From positions 1-41,328 of the forward strand of contig CAMBHX010000001.1 in assembly GCA_945867285.1 (NCBI GenBank): a stretch of DNA of 41,328 bases. The letters run 5' to 3'. The stretch is from Sulfuricurvum sp. IAE1. Its GTDB lineage: Bacteria > Campylobacterota > Campylobacteria > Campylobacterales > Sulfurimonadaceae. Made by a program: the position numbers and the translations under genes. Below the pieces are notes generated by a model that worked only from the letters and a program-made list of their open reading frames with translations, was not told the DNA's origin and ran no database searches. Below are positions 1-11,012 of this stretch, piece after piece. Positions within the stretch are counted from its first letter, which is position 1, and the number at the start of each line of letters is the position of its first letter.

Positions 1-2306
1 TGTGATCGTAGATAATAGGTCGATTTGAGTCCCAATTTCCATGCGAGCATATAAATGTCATTAAGATATTTACCGCTAGCCTTGTCCAACGTAATAAAAA
101 TATTGAGGCTTTGCCCTTGATCTATCCATTTTTGACGAATAGCTGCTGCTTTGATTAAAATGGTCTGATCCAAATCGTATGCAGGAGTATAATATGCCCA
201 TGTATCCGGAGATAGCTTAGGTGCTACCACTGGGATAAGTCCTGAGAGGTTTTCCTCAAACCATTTACGCTTGTATACAGGCTCGATGGTTTGTGTTGTC
301 CCCGTCAAAATCGAAATCGAACTCGTAGGGGCAACTGCCATGAGATATCCGTTACGCATCCCTTGACGCTTCACCGTTTCACGTAACTCATTCCAATCAT
401 AACATGACGCGAACAATCCGCCACGATCGACAAGATTTTTTACTTCGGCAGTTGCATGATCCATAGGCATAATTCCGCGTGACCATTTTGAGCCTGCATA
501 TTGTGCGTACGACCCTTTTTCAACCGCCAAGTCACTGGATGCTTTGATGGCGTTATAGCTAACAGCCTCCATCACTTCATCGATTTTATCAAAATGTTCT
601 TGAGTTCCCCACATAATTTTGTTCTCTGCCAACATCTGTGCCTCACCCATAACACCCAATCCTATAGCACGGCTTTGCATATTAGTGCGTTTAACTTTTT
701 CCAATGGATAGAAATTCAAATCAATAACGTTGTCCAATGCACGAATAGCGATAGGGACGATACGATCAATCTCTTCACGTGTGTTAATGCGAGAGAGGTT
801 AACGCTAGCCAGATTACAAACGGCCGTCATCCCATCAACTTTTTCTTTTTCCACAATATAAATAGGTCGTCCACCCAAAAAATCCAATGCAGTTATTTTA
901 TTAGCAGGCTTTTCGATACCACTGTCCACTTTTACTAGTTCATCTTCTTCAAATGTTACAAATGTCCCATCTTCATATTTCACTTTGATGAGGTAATGAT
1001 TGGGTTTAGTATTTTGAAAAATCTCGGTACACAAGTTAGAGCTTCGTATAATCCCATAATGATCGTTGGGATTAGCACGATTAGCACTGTCTTTGAAACA
1101 TAGAAATGGGCTACCTGATTCAAAATAGGAAGTAAGAATTTTCTTCCATAAATCTTTAGCTTTAGTATGTTCTTTGATAACGCTAGTATCATTTTCCAAC
1201 TCAACATAACGAGCTTCAAATGCATCACCGTATAACTCAGACAAATCTTTAACATCAAACGGGTCAAACATTGTCCAAATACCATCTTCGATGACACGCT
1301 TCATAAACATATCATTGATCCAAAGTGCTGGAAACAAGTCATGAGCGCGTCTACGCTCTTCACCCGAGTTTTTCTTCACATCCAAAAAATCTTTGACATC
1401 CATGTGCCATGGCTCAAGATAAACAGCTATTGCTCCTTTGCGTGTTCCCAGCTGATCAACAGCAATAGCGATGTCGTTGGTAATCTTCAAAAATGGAACC
1501 GTTCCACCCGCTGCATTTTTATGTCCATCTATAAATGATCCCATTGCACGTACCTGGGTCCAATCCCAACCAATTCCCCCACCAAACTTGGAGAGAAGTG
1601 CCATCTCCTTATAGCCATCAAAAATTCCCTCGATATTATCTGGTGAGCTTCCTATATAGCATGAGCTAAGCTGATGACGAGTAGTGCGAGCATTGGAGAG
1701 GGTAGGGGTTGCAAGCATCACTTGAAACTGGCTAATCATGTCATAAAACTTAATAGCCCACCCTTCGCGATCCGTTTCATTTTGGGCCAAAAACATCGAA
1801 ATCGCCATAAACATATGTTGAGGCAACTCTATAGGTTCACCGCTACGGTCTTTAATCAAATACCGATCATAGAGTGTTTTAACACCTAAATAATTAAATT
1901 CCAAATCACGCTCTGGCACGATGTGTTTTTCAAGAACCTTAAGGTCAAACTTCTCTTTTAGTCCCAAAAGAATTCGACCTTCAGCCTCTCCACGCTCAAA
2001 ATAAGAGAGCAAACTTCCGTATCCAGTAAAACCATTAACACGGTGGTATAAATCGTACAAAAACAATCGAGACGCTACAAATGTCCAATTAGGACTGTCA
2101 ATGTCGATTTTATCCACTGCAGTTTTGATCAATGTATGTTGAATCTCATTACTCGTTATCCCATCACGAAACTGAATTTGAGCATCTACTTCGAGTTCAC
2201 TTTGAGAAACATTGACGAGACCATCCACGGCCGCAAAAGTATATTTTTGAATTTTAGTAATATCCAGAGGCTCACGACGGCCGTTACGTTTGATAATTGT
2301 TAACAT
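1..2306 (-). CDS. nrdA: Ribonucleoside-diphosphate reductase subunit alpha (class Ia), 3' end outside the window
   Basis: Absent from the ORF track because there is no stop in the window. Segments translated by hand from ATG at 2306: MLTIIKRNGRREPLDITKIQ (ATP cone), QLSSCY, SSNLCTEI, AVCNLAS, MAVAPTSSIS and the terminal WKLGLKSTYYLRS, in frame with the start. Confidence 0.96.
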   Translation of the reverse strand, partial: MLTIIKRNGRREPLDITKIQKYTFAAVDGLVNVSQSELEVDAQIQFRDGITSNEIQHTLIKTAVDKIDIDSPNWTFVASRLFLYDLYHRVNGFTGYGSLLSYFERGEAEGRILLGLKEKFDLKVLEKHIVPERDLEFNYLGVKTLYDRYLIKDRSGEPIELPQHMFMAISMFLAQNETDREGWAIKFYDMISQFQVMLATPTLSNARTTRHQLSSCYIGSSPDNIEGIFDGYKEMALLSKFGGGIGWDWTQVRAMGSFIDGHKNAAGGTVPFLKITNDIAIAVDQLGTRKGAIAVYLEPWHMDVKDFLDVKKNSGEERRRAHDLFPALWINDMFMKRVIEDGIWTMFDPFDVKDLSELYGDAFEARYVELENDTSVIKEHTKAKDLWKKILTSYFESGSPFLCFKDSANRANPNDHYGIIRSSNLCTEIFQNTKPNHYLIKVKYEDGTFVTFEEDELVKVDSGIEKPANKITALDFLGGRPIYIVEKEKVDGMTAVCNLASVNLSRINTREEIDRIVPIAIRALDNVIDLNFYPLEKVKRTNMQSRAIGLGVMGEAQMLAENKIMWGTQEHFDKIDEVMEAVSYNAIKASSDLAVEKGSYAQYAGSKWSRGIMPMDHATAEVKNLVDRGGLFASCYDWNELRETVKRQGMRNGYLMAVAPTSSISILTGTTQTIEPVYKRKWFEENLSGLIPVVAPKLSPDTWAYYTPAYDLDQTILIKAAAIRQKWIDQGQSLNIFITLDKASGKYLNDIYMLAWKLGLKSTYYLRS

Positions 2307-2336
2307 ATTTTTGTACCTTTTCGATTCTTGTAAAGG

Positions 2337-2349
2337 GGGTATTATACCC
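2337..2349 (-). promoter_or_regulatory. Probable nrdA sigma70 -10 box (TATAAT) inside the inverted repeat GGGTA-TAA-TACCC
   Basis: The minus strand reads agagggTATAATaccccc about 35 nt upstream of the nrdA start. Confidence 0.5.
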
Positions 2350-2430
2350 TCTAAAATTTAGAAATTCTTGTGCCGTATGATGCTTTTTTAGTCAGAGATT
2401 TTAAAGCAAATAGTGAGCCAAAAGTGCACT

Positions 2431-2523
2431 CTCAAAAACAAAAGTTTTCGTAGCTTTAGAGGGTGATGCAAGGACATTTGTCCCTGCTATTAAAACGGAC
2501 TTGTTCGTTTTAATGTATAACAT
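2431..2523. repeat. Multi-hairpin intergenic repeat, family 1 copy A
   Basis: Shares TTTTCGTAGCTTTAG..GGG..TGCAA(A)GG..GTCCYTGC..TAAAACGGA..TTCGTTTTA.TG..TAACAT with 29858-30053. Confidence 0.8.
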
Positions 2524-3851
2524 CAATGGAAGACTCGTGCAAAAATCTTATCAACATTTTTGGTGTAATAATCAAAATTAAAACACTCGCGTATTGCTTC
2601 TTCATTCAAGCTAAGACCTAGTTCTTCATCAGCCAACAAATATTGTAAATACAAACTTTCGTTATTTTCATTAGTAGCACTTTTTCCTTGTTGTAATCCT
2701 TCCCAAACTTTCATCGCATTACGCTGAACGATACGGTAGGCGTCCTCACGGCTAACACCTTTGAGAGGAAGTTCTAGAAGTATGCGCTGAGAAAAAACCA
2801 AACCTCCTGTTAGGTTGAGATTACGCATCATATTTTCAGGATAAACTACGAGCTTGGATATAACACTGTTAAAACGGTGAAGCATAAAATCACTCGTAAC
2901 AAAACTGTCTGGTAACCAAAAACGCTCCGTTGAGCTGTGAGAAATATCACGTTCATGCCATAACGCTACGTTTTCCATAGCGGGCATTACATACGCTCGA
3001 ACCATACGTGCCAACCCTGTTATATTTTCGGTCAAAATTGGATTACGTTTGTGAGGCATTGCCGAAGAGCCTTTTTGTCCTACTGCAAAATATTCCTCAC
3101 ACTCATATACTTCGGTGCGTTGCCAATGACGTACTTGTACCGCAAACTTCTCAATGGAACTCGCCATAAGTGCTAACGCTGAAGCCAAACGGGCATAACG
3201 GTCACGCTGTATAACTTGGTTAGATGCAGGAGCTGGTTTAAGTCCTAACGCCTCACACGTATACTCTTCGAGTTCTAACGGAGCGTGAGCAAAGTTACCC
3301 ATTGCACCCGATACTTGACCCACGGCAATAACATCCATTGTTTGTTCAAGATTAAGCAAATGGCGCGCCATCTCATCGTACCAAACAGCCAACACCAAAC
3401 CAAACGTGATAGGCTCACCATGAATACCGTGTGAACGTCCCACCATCAATGTCATCTTGTGTTCTATGGCACGAACTTTAATCGACTCCATTACCATTTT
3501 TACATCATCAATGATAAGTGCCAATGAGTCACGCATTTGTAATGCCACAGCAGTATCTACTGTATCAGAACTGGTCATTCCATAATGGAACCAACGACTC
3601 TCTTCGCCTAGTGTTTCCGAAACCGATGTAGTGAAAGCAATCAAATCATGTTTAGTTACGGCTTCAATTTCATCGATACGCTCAACACTAAAACCTGCGT
3701 TGTCTACTATTTTTTTAGCATCCTCATCAGGAATAAGGCCCAATTTATTCCATGCAACTACAACTGCTTTTTCAACATCCAACCATGCTTGATATTTTGC
3801 TTGGATACTCCATTTGCTTTTCATCTCTTCTCTAGCGTAACGATCAACCAT
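2523..3851 (-). CDS. purB: Adenylosuccinate lyase
   Basis: Motifs HYGMTSSD, GRSHGIHGEP, GSSAMPHKRNP and LWHERDISHSS. Confidence 0.97.
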   Translation of the reverse strand: MVDRYAREEMKSKWSIQAKYQAWLDVEKAVVVAWNKLGLIPDEDAKKIVDNAGFSVERIDEIEAVTKHDLIAFTTSVSETLGEESRWFHYGMTSSDTVDTAVALQMRDSLALIIDDVKMVMESIKVRAIEHKMTLMVGRSHGIHGEPITFGLVLAVWYDEMARHLLNLEQTMDVIAVGQVSGAMGNFAHAPLELEEYTCEALGLKPAPASNQVIQRDRYARLASALALMASSIEKFAVQVRHWQRTEVYECEEYFAVGQKGSSAMPHKRNPILTENITGLARMVRAYVMPAMENVALWHERDISHSSTERFWLPDSFVTSDFMLHRFNSVISKLVVYPENMMRNLNLTGGLVFSQRILLELPLKGVSREDAYRIVQRNAMKVWEGLQQGKSATNENNESLYLQYLLADEELGLSLNEEAIRECFNFDYYTKNVDKIFARVFH

Positions 3852-3934
3852 TATCAGCTCCTATTTATATGTGCTAAAATGCGCATTGTATTAATAATTA
3901 TAGTCTATCCAACCACTCCTAAAAAGGAATTAAA

Positions 3935-4873
3935 TTGCCATTTGTTACCCGTCGCCTACATTGCCCTACTCCTAAAAAAGCGTTTCTTTTTCTCATACAC
4001 GAATGTGGAATTAAACAAAGTGAAGCGCATCGTCTTATCGCAAAAGGACGACTGTCACAAGATGGCATCCCAATGTGTAATCAAGCACGAGTGATCCAAG
4101 GAGATTTTGAACTCATTATATTTGAAGCAATGACACTAGGATTAGATCCACTCTTTGTTGCTCCAGAATTTGCCGTCTATGATAAGCCCAGTGGTTTGCT
4201 GGTACATCCTCAAAATCGAACTACACCCTACTCTCTTAGCGATGAAATAAAGTATCGCTTTGGGTCAAATGCCAATGTCGCTCATCGTATTGATCAAGAG
4301 ACAAGTGGATTGGTTTTAGCATCACGTAATACCAAGTCTGGAACAACCCTCAAGCTATTGTTTGAAAATCGTAAAATCACCAAACGCTATTTGGCACTAG
4401 TACATGGTCATGTCGAAAACGAGTTGTTTATTGATGAACCATTGTTGCGTGAAGAGAGTAGTGATACTATGGTGCGGATGATTGTTCACGTAGACGAGAG
4501 AGGAAAATCATCCCAAACAATTATTAGACCTTTGCGCTTCTTTCCAGAGCTTAATATGACTATGGTAGAAGCTTCTCCCCTAACAGGTCGTACTCATCAA
4601 ATTCGAGTTCATTTGTTTCACGTGAAACATCCTATCGTTGGTGATCCTATTTATGGTCAAGCATTTGAGGACGTAGTGAAGTTTTTAGATAAGGTAATTA
4701 CCCCCGAAGAACGATTAGAAAAAAGTAAATCTACCCGTCTCCTACTTCATGCAAACAGTTTAGAATTTCACTACAATAATGTCCGATTTCATATCATCTC
4801 TCAAGAAGATTTTAGTAGCACTTGTTTTGAATCAATGGGGTTGAAAAATAATTCTATTATTGATATTTCATAA
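3935..4873 (+). CDS. RluA-family 23S rRNA pseudouridine synthase
   Basis: Motifs DKPSGLLVHP, HRIDQETSG (catalytic Asp), TGRTHQIRVH, HPIVGDPIYG and LLLHA. Confidence 0.92.
   Translation: MPFVTRRLHCPTPKKAFLFLIHECGIKQSEAHRLIAKGRLSQDGIPMCNQARVIQGDFELIIFEAMTLGLDPLFVAPEFAVYDKPSGLLVHPQNRTTPYSLSDEIKYRFGSNANVAHRIDQETSGLVLASRNTKSGTTLKLLFENRKITKRYLALVHGHVENELFIDEPLLREESSDTMVRMIVHVDERGKSSQTIIRPLRFFPELNMTMVEASPLTGRTHQIRVHLFHVKHPIVGDPIYGQAFEDVVKFLDKVITPEERLEKSKSTRLLLHANSLEFHYNNVRFHIISQEDFSSTCFESMGLKNNSIIDIS
4614..4629. promoter_or_regulatory. parS centromere-like site (ParB binding)
   Basis: Perfect palindrome TGTTTCACGTGAAACA matching the universal bacterial parS consensus, about 1.3 kb from dnaA. Confidence 0.9.
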
Positions 4874-4883
4874 TCTATATTTT

Positions 4884-4944
4884 CGTTCGTGGTGTGCCTG
4901 TCGAAGCATGAACAAAACTCCCTTCGAAAAGCTCAAGGCGAACG
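4884..4944. repeat. REP-like imperfect palindrome (CGTTCG..GCCTGTCGAAG / CTTCGA..GCTCA.GGCGAACG type)
   Basis: GC-rich imperfect inverted repeat in AT-rich DNA, about 10 nt after the RluA-family stop. Confidence 0.6.
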
Positions 4945-4970
4945 GTATTATATACAATAGGAGTTATCAA

Positions 4971-5206
4971 TGTGAATAACTTTTTATAAAATTCACTTAA
5001 TTCAAACTGAAATGCAATTTATTCTTCAATATAGCAATGAAATAGCCTATATTAGGGATTTTAGTCAACATTAACAATCCTATATTTCAGTCAAAATTTA
5101 TCTAAAATATTTCTGAAATGACTTGGATTTAGTGTATAAAAAATGAAAAAAATAGCATTTTCATTCACACTTCACTCACTATGTGAATATTACACATCTA
5201 ACCACA
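4971..5206. promoter_or_regulatory. Extra DnaA-box cluster downstream of ruvC
   Basis: TGTGAATAA 4971-4979, AAATTCACT 4989-4997, TCATTCACA 5161-5169, TCACTCACT 5172-5180, TGTGAATAT 5182-5190, CTAACCACA 5198-5206. Confidence 0.65.
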
Positions 5207-5288
5207 ATTTATAAAGTTTTTTAAATATTTTTATTTTGGAAAGAATAATTTAAGCTCGTATAAGACTCTTTAGATACACTTCAATTCT

Positions 5289-5317
5289 AAACGGTCTTCC
5301 TGGTGTGTTGACCGTTT
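5289..5317. terminator. Stem-loop AAACGGTC-N13-GACCGTTT: ruvC terminator and/or 5' hairpin of a small RNA
   Basis: Perfect 8-bp stem about 25 nt past the ruvC stop. On the + strand it follows a promoter-like TTTAAG...TAGATACACT. Confidence 0.5.
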
Positions 5318-5342
5318 TACCTCATCTCTAATATTGTTTCCC

Positions 5343-5831
5343 CTAAAGCTTTTTTCCCATCTCTAATCGAACACGTTGTCCGTGCGTAATAGCTACTGCC
5401 ATCGCATCGGTAATATCCAATGGCTTTATCTCTTTAGTTATACCCAAAATCTGTTTTACCATAAATGCCACTTGTTCTTTGGCAGCTTTTGCTTTTCCGG
5501 TCAAAGCTTTTTTGACTTGCAATGCAGTGTATTCTGCAAACTCACCATGCTCTTGTAAAAGTTTAAGCATAATAGCTCCACGAAACTGTGCTAGCTTCAA
5601 AACAGTTTTGGGATTATGGGCATAGAAAATATCCTCCATAGCTACTTCATTGATAGTATATTGTTTAAAAAGTTGTTCAAGTGCCTCAACCATTTGTGGG
5701 ATTTGATGTTGCAAACCTTCGCTTTTGATTTTTATTAATCCCGCTTCAATAAGACGAAATTTTTGTCCCTCAATACGTATAAGAGCGTATCCACAATTTC
5801 GTGTTCCTGGGTCAATTCCTAATATTGTCAT
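5343..5831 (-). CDS. ruvC: Holliday junction resolvase RuvC
   Basis: Motifs [29 protein letters not shown] and [12 protein letters not shown]. Confidence 0.96.
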   Translation of the reverse strand: MTILGIDPGTRNCGYALIRIEGQKFRLIEAGLIKIKSEGLQHQIPQMVEALEQLFKQYTINEVAMEDIFYAHNPKTVLKLAQFRGAIMLKLLQEHGEFAEYTALQVKKALTGKAKAAKEQVAFMVKQILGITKEIKPLDITDAMAVAITHGQRVRLEMGKKL

Positions 5832-5842
5832 CTAATAATTCC

Positions 5843-5930
5843 TTGTTCACAGAGTGAATAAAGCTATTCACATTACATTTAATCCCCTATTATAGGCAAA
5901 TACTGCTATAATCATAATAAGTTATTCACA
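5843..5930. promoter_or_regulatory. oriC1: DnaA-box cluster and dnaA promoter
   Basis: Boxes TTGTTCACA 5843-5851, AGTGAATAA 5853-5861, CTATTCACA 5864-5872, TTATTCACA 5922-5930. Extended -10 TGCTATAAT at 5904-5912. Confidence 0.85.
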
Positions 5931-5945
5931 TCATGGAAATATACA

Positions 5946-7280
5946 ATGAACTCAATTGGCACAACTATATTACAAATGCTCAAAAATGAGATTAATGAAG
6001 TAGATTATCAACGCTATATTAAACAACTCAAATTCAATATCCAAGAGTCTCGAAGTGATTTAGCAGTTTTTAATGTCCCCAATCCTCTCATAGCTAACTG
6101 GATACGAACAAAATACGCTGATAAAATATCACATCTGTTTGAAATCAAAACAGGGATAAAATCAACTGTCACTATTAGTGTAGGGATAACTAAAACCAAA
6201 CCATCATCTTCAAATATTACAATACCACAACAACACGTAGGTGAGCGTCCACCCTTAGCCCTTCTTAACCCCTCCTATACTTTTAATAACTTCGTTGTAG
6301 GTGGATCTAATAACTTTGCCTACGTTGCCAGTAAAAATGTGAGCGAAAAACCCGGTATTGTCTATAATCCTCTCTTTATTTATGGGGGAGTGGGTTTAGG
6401 AAAAACACACCTTATGCAAGCAGTGGGTAATGTTATGCAAGCTGCAGGAAAAATAGTTATCTATACTTCAGTTGAACAGTTTCTCAATGACTTCGTCCGC
6501 CATCTTCACAATAATACCATGGAAAGATTCAAAGATAAATATCGTAAATGTGATTTGTTACTTATCGATGATATACAATTTTTGAGTGGTAAAAACCAAA
6601 TTCAAGAAGAATTTTTCCATACCTTTGAAGCTTTACGTAATGAAAACAAACAAATTATTATAACTTCCGATAAACATCCAAAAAAAATAGCAGGTCTCGA
6701 AGAACGTCTCAAAAGCCGTTTTGAGTGGGGATTAGTAGCTGACATTCAACCTCCAGAGCTTGAAACAAAAATCGAAATTATTCATAAAAAATGTGAGATT
6801 AGCCGTGTTAAGCTTGATCGTGATGTTATTAATTACGTCGCTACAATTATCGAAAATAATACTCGTGAGATAGAGGGAATACTTTCTAAACTTAATGCTT
6901 ATTCTCAACTCATGGGAGTAGATATCAATATCGAATTTGCCCGTAATGTCCTCAAAGAACAAATAGCAGAAAAACGGCTTAATATTACCATTGATACTAT
7001 CGTCGATATTGTCTCCAAAGAACTCAACGTAAAAGCAAGTGAAATACGCTCTAAAAGTCGAAATAGCGGTATTGTGTATGCCAGACGTGTTGCTATTTAC
7101 CTTTCACGTAACCTCACCCCCAATTCAATGCCCCAGCTTGCCCATTATTTTGGGATGAAAGATCATACAGCAGTGAGTCATACTATGAAAAAAATCCATG
7201 AAATGATGAAAAATGACGAGGATTTCAAAGTCAAAGTCGATGAACTCTCCAATAAAATATCTGTTATGACAATGGAATAA
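5946..7280 (+). CDS. dnaA: Chromosomal replication initiator DnaA
   Basis: Motifs YNPLFIYGGVGLGKTHL, LLLIDDIQF, RLKSRFEWGL and domain IV KDHTAVSH. Confidence 0.98.
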   Translation: MNSIGTTILQMLKNEINEVDYQRYIKQLKFNIQESRSDLAVFNVPNPLIANWIRTKYADKISHLFEIKTGIKSTVTISVGITKTKPSSSNITIPQQHVGERPPLALLNPSYTFNNFVVGGSNNFAYVASKNVSEKPGIVYNPLFIYGGVGLGKTHLMQAVGNVMQAAGKIVIYTSVEQFLNDFVRHLHNNTMERFKDKYRKCDLLLIDDIQFLSGKNQIQEEFFHTFEALRNENKQIIITSDKHPKKIAGLEERLKSRFEWGLVADIQPPELETKIEIIHKKCEISRVKLDRDVINYVATIIENNTREIEGILSKLNAYSQLMGVDINIEFARNVLKEQIAEKRLNITIDTIVDIVSKELNVKASEIRSKSRNSGIVYARRVAIYLSRNLTPNSMPQLAHYFGMKDHTAVSHTMKKIHEMMKNDEDFKVKVDELSNKISVMTME

Positions 7281-7416
7281 AAAATCCAAATTAATCCCCT
7301 CAAAACTATATTTTTATAGTTTTAGAGAAGAACAAAAAAAAATTACTCCTTACCATTTTTTGGGTTTAACACAAAAAGTGCCTAACATCGATAAAAAAAA
7401 GCTATAATTTCGTATA

Positions 7417-7553
7417 TGTGAAAACGTGTGAATGAAATCAAAAAGTTCTTCACACCGTTTTATCACCTGTAGTAAGGGACAAAATGACTGTTTTCACACA
7501 TTCACCCCCCCTTACTACTACTATTACAATTTACTAATATAATATAATAAAAA
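7417..7553. promoter_or_regulatory. oriC2 with DnaA boxes, GC tract, DnaA-trios and AT-rich unwinding element
   Basis: Boxes TGTGAAAAC 7417-7425, TGTGAATGA 7427-7435, TTCTTCACA 7446-7454 and tandem GTTTTCACA/ACATTCACC 7490-7506. Then a C-run to 7511, CTA-CTA-CTA-TTA 7515-7526, and an AT-rich tract to about 7553. Confidence 0.9.
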
Positions 7554-7562
7554 GGGACTCTT

Positions 7563-8630
7563 ATGAAAATGACCATTGAAAAAACCATTTTAGAAAATAT
7601 TTTACTTCACTTACAACCTTTCTTAGAAAAAAAAGATTCTTCACAAATCACTTCTCATATTAGTCTTTCAACAGATGGACGAATATTAGATGCACGTGCT
7701 ACTGATTTTGAAATTGGTCTCTCTCTTCAAACCCATGCTCATACAGTAATAGAACCAGGATCATTCACTGCAAATGGAAAAAAACTATTAGATATTATCC
7801 GTATTTTAAAAGATGAAGAATTAGAATTAGAATTAATCAAAGAAAATCTTCATATTCGTCAAAAACGATCAAACTTCAAACTACCTACGTTTAAAAGCAA
7901 TGAATTTCCTAACTTTCCCTCTATAGATGATAAGCCAAGTATTGTTCTAAATTCTCAAATCCTTATAGAATCCCTTAAAAAAATAACCCCTTCTACCGAT
8001 ACAAATAATCCTAAATTTGAACTCAATGGTGCTCTTATTGACATCAAATCAAATCAAATAAATTTTGTTTCTACTGATACTCGTCGTTTAGCACTAGTAC
8101 ACCTAGAAAACAATAATGAAGAAGAACTCTCTATTATTGTCCCTAAAAAAGCAATTATTGAAATACAAAAACTCTCTCCCAATAATATTGAAATTTTTTA
8201 TGACAATACCTATTTAATTTTAAAATCTGAAAATTCTTTGTTTTTTACTAAACTTATCAATGGTAAATTCCCTGATTATAATCGTATCATCCCAAAAGAA
8301 TGTAGTAAAACAATTGTTTTACCTAAAGCCATTATTGTCTCTGCAATAAAACAAATCACTACTATTTCAAATGATTTAAAACTTACATTTACTAATGATT
8401 CTATTCTGTTTGAAAGTCTTAGTGATGACAATATCGAAGCAAAAACCACTATCGAAATCAACAATGGTTTTGAATCACCTTTTATATTAGCTATCAACAG
8501 TCGTTATATTCTTGATTTTTTAGGTCAAATTACTACCAATGATTTTACACTTGAAGCCAATGAATCTAATCAACCCTTTGTTCTTAAAAGTGAAGACTTT
8601 AAAACCATTGTAATGCCGATTGTGATTTAA
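7563..8630 (+). CDS. dnaN: DNA polymerase III beta sliding clamp
   Basis: Follows dnaA. Motifs ATDFEIG, STDTRRL, GKFPDY and C-terminal IVMPI. Confidence 0.97.
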   Translation: MKMTIEKTILENILLHLQPFLEKKDSSQITSHISLSTDGRILDARATDFEIGLSLQTHAHTVIEPGSFTANGKKLLDIIRILKDEELELELIKENLHIRQKRSNFKLPTFKSNEFPNFPSIDDKPSIVLNSQILIESLKKITPSTDTNNPKFELNGALIDIKSNQINFVSTDTRRLALVHLENNNEEELSIIVPKKAIIEIQKLSPNNIEIFYDNTYLILKSENSLFFTKLINGKFPDYNRIIPKECSKTIVLPKAIIVSAIKQITTISNDLKLTFTNDSILFESLSDDNIEAKTTIEINNGFESPFILAINSRYILDFLGQITTNDFTLEANESNQPFVLKSEDFKTIVMPIVI

Positions 8631-8658
8631 AACCTTCTTTTTAACTTATTTGCGCTAA

Positions 8659-11010
<2,352 letters not shown>

Positions 11011-11012
11011 AA

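Noticed and set aside
375-390. parS-like CGTTTCACGTAACTCA in nrdA
   Set aside because: Four mismatches to the consensus, and the palindrome is broken.
830-1020. Possible intein or intron between NLCTEI and AVCNLAS of NrdA
   Set aside because: A short in-frame spacer with no intein C/S...HN ends or endonuclease motifs. The overall length is normal for NrdA of this lineage.
501-1889. Track ORFs 501..938, 980..1297, 1341..1538 and 1674..1889
   Set aside because: Shadow frames over nrdA, which the track missed because its stop lies outside the window.
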